Assembly (NCBI GenBank): GCA_036679605.1
Contig: JAZDCZ010000259.1
Coordinates: forward strand, 1 to 54,051
From: Gemmatimonadota bacterium
Lineage (GTDB): Bacteria > Gemmatimonadota > Gemmatimonadetes > Gemmatimonadales > GWC2-71-9
Direction: 5' to 3'
Length of the DNA stretch: 54,051 bases
Shown here: positions 18,964 through 28,206 of the stretch, in pieces
How positions within the stretch are numbered: position 1 is the stretch's first letter
Layout of the letters: each line of letters opens with the position of its first letter
Program-made: the position numbers and the translations under genes
Notes under the pieces: model-generated
Told to the model about the DNA's origin: nothing
What the model saw: only the letters and a program-made list of their open reading frames with translations
The model's database searches: none

Positions 18964-21054
18964 TTGAAATCTGGTCCGGCATGGTTTTTTGTCGCTCTCA
19001 CAGGGTTCATGACCTTGGCGGTCCTGAAATGGGTCGATCTCGCGCCCCGAGTAGAGCGCGATTTCTTTTTCTCACCAAATGACCCCCAACTCCAAGCGTC
19101 AGAGGAGCTTTCGCGTCGCTTCCCTTCACCAGACCAGATCATAATTCGGGCGGGCGCGCCGGACATTCAATCAGCGTCATACCGCTCTTCTATCAGGGAT
19201 CTCACCACGGCGCTCGGCAACATCGAAGGTGTGACCGGAGTGAATAGTATCACGACCGACGATGCCTCTCGCAGCCCACTGTGGGGTCGGCTTCTCCTCA
19301 ATCCAAACGGAGAATCGACGAACATCATAGTGCAGATCGACGATACCGAACCATCTACACTGGTGAGGAATATCGAGGCCGTAGTAGAGCCGCTCAACAA
19401 CTCAGATTTCGACCTCAAGGTGTCGGGCGTTCCATTCATTATCGAGTTGATCCGCCGTAGCCTGCTACGGGACCTGGCTCTATTCAGTGCGGCGGCGCTC
19501 CTTCTATTCGGGTTGCTCGTAGCCGGTATCTACCGCAACAAGCATATCGTGCTGGGCACGCTTACCACATGCCTCCTAGCGTGCGTCACAACGCTCGCGG
19601 TCACCGACATCCTAGAAATCCGCATAGGACTCCTGACTGCAAATATCGCAGTGATCGTCTTCGTCGTGACACTTTCTCACATAGTGTTCCTGACATCCAA
19701 TTGGAAGCGGGCCAACATCGATCCCGGGAATCAGAGAAACGACGCTGCAAGAAACGCGGTCAAAGTTACGTTCCCGTCTTCCTTCTGGTGCATGGTTACG
19801 ACCGCACTGGGATTCCTGAGCCTGTTGGTGGCATCGGCACGACCTCTAAGAGAGCTAGGTACTGCCGGCGCAATCGGGACGGTCACGGCGATTCTCTTGG
19901 CCTATACCATCTACCCAGCGTTCTTACGCAGTGCCTCAGCTACGACTCCCCTTACGGTCGGCGGCACCAGGCGAACGCCTCGCTTGCGATTGCCGCAGCG
20001 ACGCCCACGAGTTTGGCTTGGCGGTATCGCATTCGCAGTCTTTGCGGCGGTCTTGGGATTCCGGCAGCTAACCTCAGACCCCAGCCTGCTCTCCTATTTT
20101 GCGCCCGGCACCGAGCTGCGCGATGGCCTCGACGCGATCGACCGAGACGGCGGTAGCAGTCCGCTCAACATCGTTGTTCGCGACTCTGACGGCGCGTCAC
20201 TGGATAGTGATGAAGCGAACGACAAAATGTGGCAGCTTCAAGACGCACTCGAGAATGATTCATCTGTCGGAGTCGTTCTGTCGCCTGTCGTCCTATTGGC
20301 ACATGCGAAGCTGGCCCCATTTGCAGGATTTCTAAACTGGGGCGCACTCCTCGACATTCTAGAGAGTCCGCTCCTGGGAAGAATCGGGCTCAGTTTCGTC
20401 ACTGGTGATCGGAGCGAGGGAAGATACTTCCTGAGAATGAAAGAGTCCGGTCGCGTGGAGCCTCGCGCGGAAGTGATAGCACGCATAAGAGATCACGTGC
20501 GAGAGAGCGGCCTGCAACCGACACTTGTCGGCGGACAGTACGACTTGCAGGAGAAGTTGGGCCGACTCATAGCCTCTAGTCTCAGGATCGGGTTGGGCGG
20601 CTTGGTTCTAGCATTCGTTGGCATTGCGTTCATAGTGTCGCGGTCGGTTCGCGGTACAATTGCCATGGTCTTGTGTCTGACTGCGATCCCACTGGTCGTT
20701 CTGGGGCTGATGGGTCACCTCAACATGCCGATCGACATCATAGTGTCTCCCGCCGCGAATGTCGCGCTCGCCATGGGAGTAGACTCGATGATACACCTGG
20801 TGCTGCGAGTTAGGCGACTGTCTGCGAACTCATCCAGCGTCTGGGATACCTGGCTCGAGGCCAGGTCACAGCTATGGCAGCCTATTCTGGGGGCGGCTCT
20901 AATCATCTGCGCAGGATTCGGCATCTTTGGTCTCTCGTCGTTTCCACCCACTCAACGATTCGGATTCGCCGTGATCGTCGGGACCCTGACGGCGGCGCTG
21001 ATGGCCCTGGTTGCTCTACCCTTCGGGGCCGGGGCAAAGCTGGCCGGACGTTAG
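18964..21054 (+). CDS. MMPL/RND-superfamily membrane exporter
   Basis: Two repeats of periplasmic domain plus TM helices, TTALGFLSL, GVDSMIH, FPPTQRFG; TTG start after AGGAG inferred. Confidence 0.85.
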   Translation: MKSGPAWFFVALTGFMTLAVLKWVDLAPRVERDFFFSPNDPQLQASEELSRRFPSPDQIIIRAGAPDIQSASYRSSIRDLTTALGNIEGVTGVNSITTDDASRSPLWGRLLLNPNGESTNIIVQIDDTEPSTLVRNIEAVVEPLNNSDFDLKVSGVPFIIELIRRSLLRDLALFSAAALLLFGLLVAGIYRNKHIVLGTLTTCLLACVTTLAVTDILEIRIGLLTANIAVIVFVVTLSHIVFLTSNWKRANIDPGNQRNDAARNAVKVTFPSSFWCMVTTALGFLSLLVASARPLRELGTAGAIGTVTAILLAYTIYPAFLRSASATTPLTVGGTRRTPRLRLPQRRPRVWLGGIAFAVFAAVLGFRQLTSDPSLLSYFAPGTELRDGLDAIDRDGGSSPLNIVVRDSDGASLDSDEANDKMWQLQDALENDSSVGVVLSPVVLLAHAKLAPFAGFLNWGALLDILESPLLGRIGLSFVTGDRSEGRYFLRMKESGRVEPRAEVIARIRDHVRESGLQPTLVGGQYDLQEKLGRLIASSLRIGLGGLVLAFVGIAFIVSRSVRGTIAMVLCLTAIPLVVLGLMGHLNMPIDIIVSPAANVALAMGVDSMIHLVLRVRRLSANSSSVWDTWLEARSQLWQPILGAALIICAGFGIFGLSSFPPTQRFGFAVIVGTLTAALMALVALPFGAGAKLAGR

Positions 21055-21120
21055 CCGAGGCCGAAACAAAAGACCTCAATGAGCCGTAGTTCGCCATGGA
21101 TGCATTGAGGGGTATTGTTC

Positions 21121-21513
21121 ATGCCAATCAGACAAATCCTTGACCGACTAGTGATAGGCGGCGTTTTAGTCGTATCGGCTCTGGCCTACGAGGCACTTCC
21201 GGTGCTTCTCTGCGGCCTCCTGGTCGGTGGCAGCGCCATACCAATAGCTATCAGAGCAATCAGATCCGGGAACCGGCTGGCAGGGACCCGCAGTGGTGTA
21301 GACCTAGAGGCCATGCTGAGTCAGCGGTTTGGTGACCTCGAGGACCGCCTTTCTGACATGGAGTATCGCAATACTCAGTTGTTGGAGTCGGTCGAGGAGC
21401 GAATCGATTGGGCCGAAAGACTTCTTTTGGACCGCGGCAAACCAATAGTGGAGCACCAGATGGGTCTGCCGGAGGTCACACCAATACGACTCGGTCACAT
21501 GCCTAGGGCCTGA
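21121..21513 (+). CDS. Hypothetical membrane-anchored coiled-coil protein
   Basis: Two N-terminal hydrophobic segments, VEERIDWAERLL; GAGGGG upstream. Confidence 0.6.
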   Translation: MPIRQILDRLVIGGVLVVSALAYEALPVLLCGLLVGGSAIPIAIRAIRSGNRLAGTRSGVDLEAMLSQRFGDLEDRLSDMEYRNTQLLESVEERIDWAERLLLDRGKPIVEHQMGLPEVTPIRLGHMPRA

Positions 21514-21515
21514 TC

Positions 21516-21800
21516 CTACTTTTCTACATCCACACCTTTCCAAAAGGCAACATGATCTTTGATTTTCCTCGCCGCATCCTTGGGCTCAGGATAGAACCAG
21601 GCGGCATTCTCATTGACCTTGCCGTCGACTTCCAGGTTGTAGTAATTCGCCTGGCCCTTCCACGGACACGTCGTTCGATATTCCGAGGCCGCCGTATAGT
21701 CGGAGTTCACTGAACCCGGGGGGAAGTACACGTTTCCTTCGACCACTTCGACGGTATCCGACTCGGCGATCACCGCACCGTTCCAAACCGCTCTTGCCAT
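21516..21800 (-). CDS. DUF427 family protein
   Basis: VIAES..VEGNVYFP, CPWKG, AAWFYP. Confidence 0.9.
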   Translation of the reverse strand: MARAVWNGAVIAESDTVEVVEGNVYFPPGSVNSDYTAASEYRTTCPWKGQANYYNLEVDGKVNENAAWFYPEPKDAARKIKDHVAFWKGVDVEK

Positions 21801-21845
21801 GTTGAAATCCCTTTTTCTTGTTTTCCGTTTCCACCCAACATCCCG

Positions 21846-23030
21846 TTACCCTCCAAACGCACTTATGCCGGTAATCTCTTGTCCCAAAACCAGAGTGTGT
21901 ACATCATGCGTCCCTTCGTACGTGTACACACTCTCCAGATTAGCCATGTGTCGCATAGCCTGGTACTCTGCGAGAATACCGTTGGCCCCGAGAAGGCGTC
22001 GTGTCTCTCTAGCGCACTCCGCCGCCATGTTCACATTGTTTCGTTTCGCTAGAGAGACTTGCTGCGGGGTCATCGTACCTTTGTCCTTGAGCCGGCCGAG
22101 TTGCACACACAGCAGTTGGGCCTTGGTAATCTCCGTAAGCATCTCGGCCAGTCGGGCTTGCTGGATCTGGAACCCACCGATAGGCTGACCGAACATCGTT
22201 CGGTTCTGGGAATAGCTAACGGCCTCGCTGTAGCATGCCATCGCAGCCCCAACTCCTCCCCATGCGATACCGTAGCGAGCCTGCGTGAGGCACATGAGCG
22301 GACTCTTGAGGCCGGCACTCTTGGGTAGTATGGCATCCTTGGGCACCCGGACGTCTTGGAGCACCAACTCACTGGTGTCACTCGCCCGAAGAGACAGCTT
22401 CCCCTTCTGATCCTTCGACGAAAAACCGTCTGCGCCGGTCGGCACAATGAACCCTCGAATACTCTGAGCGTCCTCGAGTTCTCCAGTCTTCGCCCAGATG
22501 ATAGCGGCCTGTGCCGTCGAACCATTGGTTATCCACATCTTCGCACCGTTCAAGATCCAGGAATCCCCGTCTTCCTTCGCCGTCGTAATCATGCCGGCCG
22601 GGTCGGATCCGTAGTCGGGCTCGGTCAGCCCAAAGCAGCCGATCACTTCGCCGCGCGCCATCTTGGGCAACCATTTCTGTTTCTGCTCTTCGCTGCCAAA
22701 GGCAAAAATGGGGTACATGACGAGCGCCCCCTGGACCGAAGCGAACGATCTAATGCCACTATCGCCGCGCTCCAATTCCTGCATGATCAATCCGTATGCG
22801 ACGTTGTTGAGTTCGGCACACTCGTACTTTGCGGGGAGGTTGGCCCCGAAGAGTCCTAACTCGGCCATTTGGGGAACCAATTCCATCGGGAACCGTCCCT
22901 CTACGTAGCATTCCCCAATGATTGGCATCACTGCATCGTCTACCCAACGTCGGACGGTGTCGCGCACCGCCAGTTCTTCTTCGCTCAACAACGTATCTAT
23001 GGCATAAAAATCAACGCCCTGGAACGACAT
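21846..23030 (-). CDS. Acyl-CoA dehydrogenase (glutaryl-CoA dehydrogenase-like)
   Basis: GCFGLTEPDYGSDP, NGAKMWITNG, TYEGTHDVH; GGAGG before ATG 23030. Confidence 0.9.
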   Translation of the reverse strand: MSFQGVDFYAIDTLLSEEELAVRDTVRRWVDDAVMPIIGECYVEGRFPMELVPQMAELGLFGANLPAKYECAELNNVAYGLIMQELERGDSGIRSFASVQGALVMYPIFAFGSEEQKQKWLPKMARGEVIGCFGLTEPDYGSDPAGMITTAKEDGDSWILNGAKMWITNGSTAQAAIIWAKTGELEDAQSIRGFIVPTGADGFSSKDQKGKLSLRASDTSELVLQDVRVPKDAILPKSAGLKSPLMCLTQARYGIAWGGVGAAMACYSEAVSYSQNRTMFGQPIGGFQIQQARLAEMLTEITKAQLLCVQLGRLKDKGTMTPQQVSLAKRNNVNMAAECARETRRLLGANGILAEYQAMRHMANLESVYTYEGTHDVHTLVLGQEITGISAFGG

Positions 23031-23057
23031 CACACCTCCCAATCTTGCTTGCTAGTC

Positions 23058-23732
23058 CTACCTGGTAGCGCGGGGTTTGACTCCAACGCTACACGCCAGT
23101 CTACGAAAGGTGGCACCATGGTCGACACTCAATCCCTTTTCGGCCTGCCACTGGTGTATCATCTCGTGAAGCACCGTATGTTCGACTTCTTGCCAGCCGT
23201 CCCGGCTCACATGGAATCGGCTGATCGCAATCTCGGTGGGCCTATCGGTCTCTGAATCTAGTGAAAGTTCTCCCAACTTGGTTCGCATGCGACCAGAAAT
23301 GCGGAACGGGATAGCCGATAGTTCACCGCCGAAATACAGGCTATTGAGTCTACTATGAATGTTGTTGAGTTCTCGTAGTAACGGGCGATCGGCCGGATCG
23401 AGTCGGGTACGTCTCCGTAACCTCTTTCTCGTGTGAACGAAGCTATCAATAGGAAAATTTACGATGGCCCGCCGAGCCTCTGCCCGCGCGTCCCGCCGAG
23501 AACTTGGACTCACAAAGACAATTACCGCTCGCAGTATACGATCGGAACCGTACGCATAGCCCCTGTGCACTCGCATGACACCCCGACTCGTCAGGCTCAC
23601 CAGGACGGTTCTGTTCTCATGTACCTGTATGGAGCGTCTCACACCGAGCTGTCGTAGCCGTGTCACCAACAGGGCCTCATCGGCGTTGCGAGCTAGCTCC
23701 CTAGCCCACGCTAGCCGCGACCTTGATGTCAT
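23058..23732 (-). CDS. SprT-like zinc metalloprotease domain protein
   Basis: LNSLYFGGEL, RMRTKLG, HEMIH (HExxH), HGATF; start uncertain. Confidence 0.8.
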   Translation of the reverse strand: MTSRSRLAWARELARNADEALLVTRLRQLGVRRSIQVHENRTVLVSLTSRGVMRVHRGYAYGSDRILRAVIVFVSPSSRRDARAEARRAIVNFPIDSFVHTRKRLRRRTRLDPADRPLLRELNNIHSRLNSLYFGGELSAIPFRISGRMRTKLGELSLDSETDRPTEIAISRFHVSRDGWQEVEHTVLHEMIHQWQAEKGLSVDHGATFRRLACSVGVKPRATR

Positions 23733-24555
23733 TTCGTTTCTTAACGCGTCCGAATGCATATACGTCGGAACGTCTAAAGACATGTCGATCCACGTCCCAC
23801 CGATATATCTCGACCTGGATTGAGTCGTCGTCCCAACACACTCTGTTGAAAACCGCTGCCCGCTCTCCGCGGGAGCGACTGGACAGCGTCCCCGCACATG
23901 ACACAACAACGTTGTCTAGCAGGTCGGCTCGTTCTTGATGGTCGTGTCCGCAGAGTACCACATCGGCGCCACATTCTACGATTCGTGACTGCGCTCGCTT
24001 CCATCTGGCGAGACCGATCCGCTCGGAGATTTCACCTGGCAGTACATTGTGGTGAATTACCAGAACGCGTAATTGGCCCGGATTAGTCTGTTCGAACACA
24101 CGTTTTACACGCTGCACTTCACTTTTTGGTAGGTGTCCCTTGACCGCGATATCACGCATTCGAAGTGTGAGTGATCCCCAGCAAACTCCGTGAGACGTGA
24201 GCACTCCGGCCAGACATGCTTCTGGAAGAGTCAGCGTAGGCGCCAAGATAGGACCAAAGTACTGCGTATACTTTCGGTACTTGGCCTCCCTCCCGAACGG
24301 CACCAGCGGCCGTCGCCACCACTGAACTTCGTGGTTTCCCGGCACCACTACGACCGGGGCCGTTCTTTCCAACTCCTTAGCGAACGCCTTGGCTGCCTGC
24401 AGTTCTCCATGGCGGGATCTCTGCGTAAGATCTCCTGAGATAACCACGGCGCACGGCTCCAGGTCCGGCACCAGGTCCTCCACAGCCTCGATCTGGGCTA
24501 GGTCTGCCAGTTTCCCAAAGTGAGGGTCGGACAGATGAACGATACTCCTACTCAT
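23701..24555 (-). CDS. Calcineurin-like metallophosphoesterase
   Basis: HLSDPH, SGDLT, PGNHE, HH, CGHDH. Confidence 0.9.
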   Translation of the reverse strand: MSRSIVHLSDPHFGKLADLAQIEAVEDLVPDLEPCAVVISGDLTQRSRHGELQAAKAFAKELERTAPVVVVPGNHEVQWWRRPLVPFGREAKYRKYTQYFGPILAPTLTLPEACLAGVLTSHGVCWGSLTLRMRDIAVKGHLPKSEVQRVKRVFEQTNPGQLRVLVIHHNVLPGEISERIGLARWKRAQSRIVECGADVVLCGHDHQERADLLDNVVVSCAGTLSSRSRGERAAVFNRVCWDDDSIQVEIYRWDVDRHVFRRSDVYAFGRVKKRNDIKVAASVG

Positions 24556-24568
24556 GCCAGGTCGAATC

Positions 24569-24847
24569 TCACCGGCGATATTCTCGCATAGTTCTCCTAG
24601 TGATCAGCCCAGTCAGTACGAACCACACGACAACGGCGACGATTCCGACCAGCCGTGCGGTGCGGTCTTGAGGCATGCGAACGTAAATGTAGACCGCGAG
24701 GATGAGCGTGGTCGCTCCCGAAATCAGACGTGAGAACTTCCGGGCTCGCTGCTCTATCTTGGCGCGGCACTCGAGACACAGCTCCCCAAGCGGCAACTCG
24801 ACCTCGCAACCACACCTGGGACACTCCTTCTCAGTTAAGACGCCCAA
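24569..24847 (-). CDS. Small membrane protein with N-terminal CxxC/CxxC zinc ribbon
   Basis: CPRC...CLEC followed by two TM helices; TTG start uncertain. Confidence 0.65.
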   Translation of the reverse strand: MGVLTEKECPRCGCEVELPLGELCLECRAKIEQRARKFSRLISGATTLILAVYIYVRMPQDRTARLVGIVAVVVWFVLTGLITRRTMREYRR

Positions 24848-25850
24848 TAACGGCGTCTGTGAATTCGGCCGTCGTAGCATTGCCCTTTAGATCTGGAGTT
24901 CTTACCTCACCGTCTCGGATGGATTGAATTAGCGCTGTACGTATCTTCGTAGCGGCCTCCTGCTCGTCGATGTGATCGAGCAACATGCAAGCACCAAGTA
25001 TCATTGCAGATGGATTCGCTACGCCCTTGCCGGCAATATCCGGTGCGGATCCATGCACTGCTTCAAACAGACCATGCGAGTCACCAACGTTGGCACCCGG
25101 CGCCAGTCCCAATCCACCGATTAGACCGGCAATTTCATCGCTAAGGATGTCGCCGAACATGTTTGTCGTCACAATCACATCAAACTGAGACGGGTCAAGC
25201 ACTAGCTTCATGGCGCAAGCATCTATGATGACATCGTCGACCTCGACTTTGCCTTCGTAGTCTCTCGATACGTCCCGTCCAACTTCGAGAAACAAACCGC
25301 TCACGGCTTTCAGGATGTTAGCCTTGTGACAGATCGTGACTTTTTGACGCCCTTTGGCAACTGCATAGTCGAATGCGTAGCGAATCACACGCTCACAGCC
25401 CTGGCGCGTTACTACAGCGATCGACTGCGCAACAGCCTTTGGGTCGTCTCCCACTGGAATCGTGGTTTCAAATCCAACGTAGAGCCCCTCGGTGTTCTCT
25501 CGTATCAGAACGATATCTACGTTGTCGTAGCGGCCGTCTCGCAGTATCGTTTTCGCGGGTCGCACATTCGCATACAGATTGAACTCGCGACGCAATGCAA
25601 CGTTGACCGACTTGAAGCCGGCACCGACTGGAGTCGTGAGCGGACCCTTCAGCGCTACCCCGGTGTGCCGAAAGCTCTCAAGCAATGCATCGGGGAGGGG
25701 TGTGCCCAGCTCATCGAGAGCTGCCATACCTGCGAGCTGCTCATCCCACTCGATCGAGACTCCCGACGCATTTAGAACAGAGAGTGTGGCCTCAGTAATC
25801 TCGGGCCCGATTCCGTCGCCGGGCACGAGCGTGACGCGTCGGCTACTCAC
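24831..25850 (-). CDS. Isocitrate/isopropylmalate dehydrogenase family (NAD-IDH-like)
   Basis: PGDGIGPEI, LKGPLTTP, RENTEGLY, HKANILK, NMFGDILSD, FEAVHGSAPDIAG; GTGA overlap with upstream gene. Confidence 0.92.
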   Translation of the reverse strand: MSSRRVTLVPGDGIGPEITEATLSVLNASGVSIEWDEQLAGMAALDELGTPLPDALLESFRHTGVALKGPLTTPVGAGFKSVNVALRREFNLYANVRPAKTILRDGRYDNVDIVLIRENTEGLYVGFETTIPVGDDPKAVAQSIAVVTRQGCERVIRYAFDYAVAKGRQKVTICHKANILKAVSGLFLEVGRDVSRDYEGKVEVDDVIIDACAMKLVLDPSQFDVIVTTNMFGDILSDEIAGLIGGLGLAPGANVGDSHGLFEAVHGSAPDIAGKGVANPSAMILGACMLLDHIDEQEAATKIRTALIQSIRDGEVRTPDLKGNATTAEFTDAVIGRLN

Positions 25851-26482
25851 GGAAGTCCTGGTAGCAGACCTTTGAGAGCTTTTCGCACCGCAACCCAAGG
25901 GTCTGCGTCTTCCCCGCGGGCCACCGTGCGCCACCCAACTCTGGCGGTTCTGACGTCAACCATGACCATGGTGAGTTCGGCGCGTCCGATACCCGTATCA
26001 CCTTGCGCCAGAAATACCAGACTGGCTGGGATTAATGCGTATCTTCCGCCGGCTACTCCCGTAAGCGCCCGCAGCTGACTGCGCAGTGGATCCGGAAGCT
26101 GCGTGAACCGCGATCGGAGCAATGCCGTACCCATCTGATCTGGATTGGGAAGCATGCCTGGTGCCTTGCGGGCTGCACGCCTCAGCGCGGCTGGCAAGAT
26201 CCAAGTGACTTCCGGCGCGCGCTCGGTAAGAAAGGAGGCGATGAGGCTGTCAACGCGATTTAGCGCCTCGCGCCTGGGTTTGAACTGCTGCTCCCATCCC
26301 AAAGATTCTTCCGATGCGATGAGAGTCATGGGATATACCGAGACATCTCGACCAGCTATACCCACGACAGGCAAAGGCGAAGTCGTTTCCGGAGTTGGCT
26401 CCGTCGTCTTCTTTCCTCCGCACCCGTTCCCCAAAACTAGTAGACTGCCCACCAGTAGCCGGAATCCTAGGCGTCTTTCCAC
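25847..26482 (-). CDS. Hypothetical lipoprotein
   Basis: Signal peptide with LGNG-C lipobox-like site; overlaps both neighbours. Confidence 0.65.
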   Translation of the reverse strand: MERRLGFRLLVGSLLVLGNGCGGKKTTEPTPETTSPLPVVGIAGRDVSVYPMTLIASEESLGWEQQFKPRREALNRVDSLIASFLTERAPEVTWILPAALRRAARKAPGMLPNPDQMGTALLRSRFTQLPDPLRSQLRALTGVAGGRYALIPASLVFLAQGDTGIGRAELTMVMVDVRTARVGWRTVARGEDADPWVAVRKALKGLLPGLP

Positions 26483-27177
26483 TTCGGCTCCCGCTTCTCT
26501 ACGAAGCTACGTATACCTTCACCTGAGTCGTAGGCTGAGTAATACGACTCGACCTGTGCTCGCTTTGCCAGCTGCAGTATCGGTCCGGACTTGCTCGTGA
26601 GCTTTGCAACGAACTCCTTGAGTCCATCCTCGAAGTCACTCGCCGGAAATACACGATTCAAGAGCCCGAATCGCTCCAGGTCGGCGGTGGGTATTTCGTC
26701 ACCCGTCAGAATCCACTCCATAGCCTTCCGACGTGGACCGGCCCGCGGCAAGACTACACATGCGAAAGGAGGAAATGCACCGACCTTGATCTCCGACAGC
26801 TGGAAACGCGCCGAATCCATTGCAACGATGAGGTTGCACCCCAGCGCCAGCTCGAATCCGCCTCCGAAAGCTATTCCCTCCACAGCGCTTACCGCAACCA
26901 CGTCGAGAAGACGGATTGTTTCGAAAATGCGGTGGAACACATGGATCAACCGCGCCACCTTCTCGTCAGTGTGATCCGCAAGGTCTACACCGGCACTAAA
27001 AGCCCCGTTAGCTCCCCGGATCAACAACACCTTTACATCGCTCTGCCCTCTCAAACTCAGGAGCGCTGCATTCATCTCCTCCATCATTTCGATGTTCATG
27101 ATGTTATGCGGCGCCCGATTGAGACACAGCGTAGCTACTCCACCATCTTGTGTGAAGTCAATGGATTGGTACGTCAC
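26467..27177 (-). CDS. Enoyl-CoA hydratase/isomerase (crotonase) family protein
   Basis: FSAGVDL, AFGGGFEL, EIKVGAFP, EGIRSFVEKR; C-terminal region looks shortened. Confidence 0.88.
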   Translation of the reverse strand: MTYQSIDFTQDGGVATLCLNRAPHNIMNIEMMEEMNAALLSLRGQSDVKVLLIRGANGAFSAGVDLADHTDEKVARLIHVFHRIFETIRLLDVVAVSAVEGIAFGGGFELALGCNLIVAMDSARFQLSEIKVGAFPPFACVVLPRAGPRRKAMEWILTGDEIPTADLERFGLLNRVFPASDFEDGLKEFVAKLTSKSGPILQLAKRAQVESYYSAYDSGEGIRSFVEKREPKWKDA

Positions 27178-27263
27178 ACTAAGCTCCGTTAACCGAAGAT
27201 GTCACAGCGAGTTAACCTGCTCAAGTTACGTGGAGGGCCGCAAGTAACAAGGTCTACAACGCT

Positions 27264-28019
27264 CTAGGTGAGCGTTACACCTCCATCAACCAAGATAACC
27301 TCGCCGGTAATGTGGCGGGCGTCATCCGAACAGAGGAACATAACGACCGATGCGATTTCGTCGGGTTCGGCCAATCGGCCAAGTACCGAGCGGTGTTTAG
27401 CATCCTCGAGCAAGTCCACTGGTAGGCCGGCCAGTAGTTCCGTACGTACGAAACCTGGCGCCACGCCGTTCACGTTCACATTGTAGGGACCAAGCTCAAC
27501 GGCGGCAGCTTTTGTCAAGCCAACAAGCGCAGCCTTGCTCGTGGCGTAGTTGGCAGTGCCGAAACCGGGCCTAAATGCTTTCTGCGATGCGATGTTGACG
27601 ATCTTGCCTGAGCGTTGTTGCCGAAAATGAGGAGCTACTACCCGCAAACAGTTGAAACTCCCAGTCACATTTGTGTGGAGAACCTCATCCCACGCCTTTT
27701 CCGACAGCCGCCAAAGCGCTCCGTCACTGTGAATGCCCGCATTGTTGACCAAATGGTCGAGACCGCCCATGAAGGATATTGCTCGGGCGATAAACTCCTC
27801 TACGTCGCTTCTGTTCCGCACATCACAGAGCTGGCTGTACACCTTCACCCCGCAACTCAGGAGAGTGGTCTCCGTGAGAAGAGCTTCGGCCGCAATGTTC
27901 CGGCCCTCGAGGTGTACGTAGTTGAAGGCTACATTTGCGCCACGCCGCGCAAACTCGAGCGCTATGGCGCGCCCCAACCCCGTCGCTCCGCCGGTCACGA
28001 TTGCTGAACTTCCACGCAT
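27264..28019 (-). CDS. Short-chain dehydrogenase/reductase (FabG-like)
   Basis: TGGATGLG, VNNAG, YATSK (YxxxK), VAPG, TGEVILVDGG. Confidence 0.9.
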   Translation of the reverse strand: MRGSSAIVTGGATGLGRAIALEFARRGANVAFNYVHLEGRNIAAEALLTETTLLSCGVKVYSQLCDVRNRSDVEEFIARAISFMGGLDHLVNNAGIHSDGALWRLSEKAWDEVLHTNVTGSFNCLRVVAPHFRQQRSGKIVNIASQKAFRPGFGTANYATSKAALVGLTKAAAVELGPYNVNVNGVAPGFVRTELLAGLPVDLLEDAKHRSVLGRLAEPDEIASVVMFLCSDDARHITGEVILVDGGVTLT

Positions 28020-28206
28020 GTCGCGTTTAGACCCCTTTTCGGGGTCTGGTTGCTCTGCTAGCGCCGAGCCAGACGTACGTTCCGGCCGTTGACCGAAACC
28101 GGCCGGCTGTTGTGCGGCAAAGGGAATAGGTTAGCCCATCCTTTAGGGAGCAATCGAACGTACGCCCAGAGAGACGATGGAGCAATAGGCAGTACGAGCA
28201 ACAGTT

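Noticed and set aside
28028..28048. Hairpin AGACCCC/GGGGTCT before the SDR gene as a terminator
   Set aside because: No U-tract on the coding strand; role cannot be assigned
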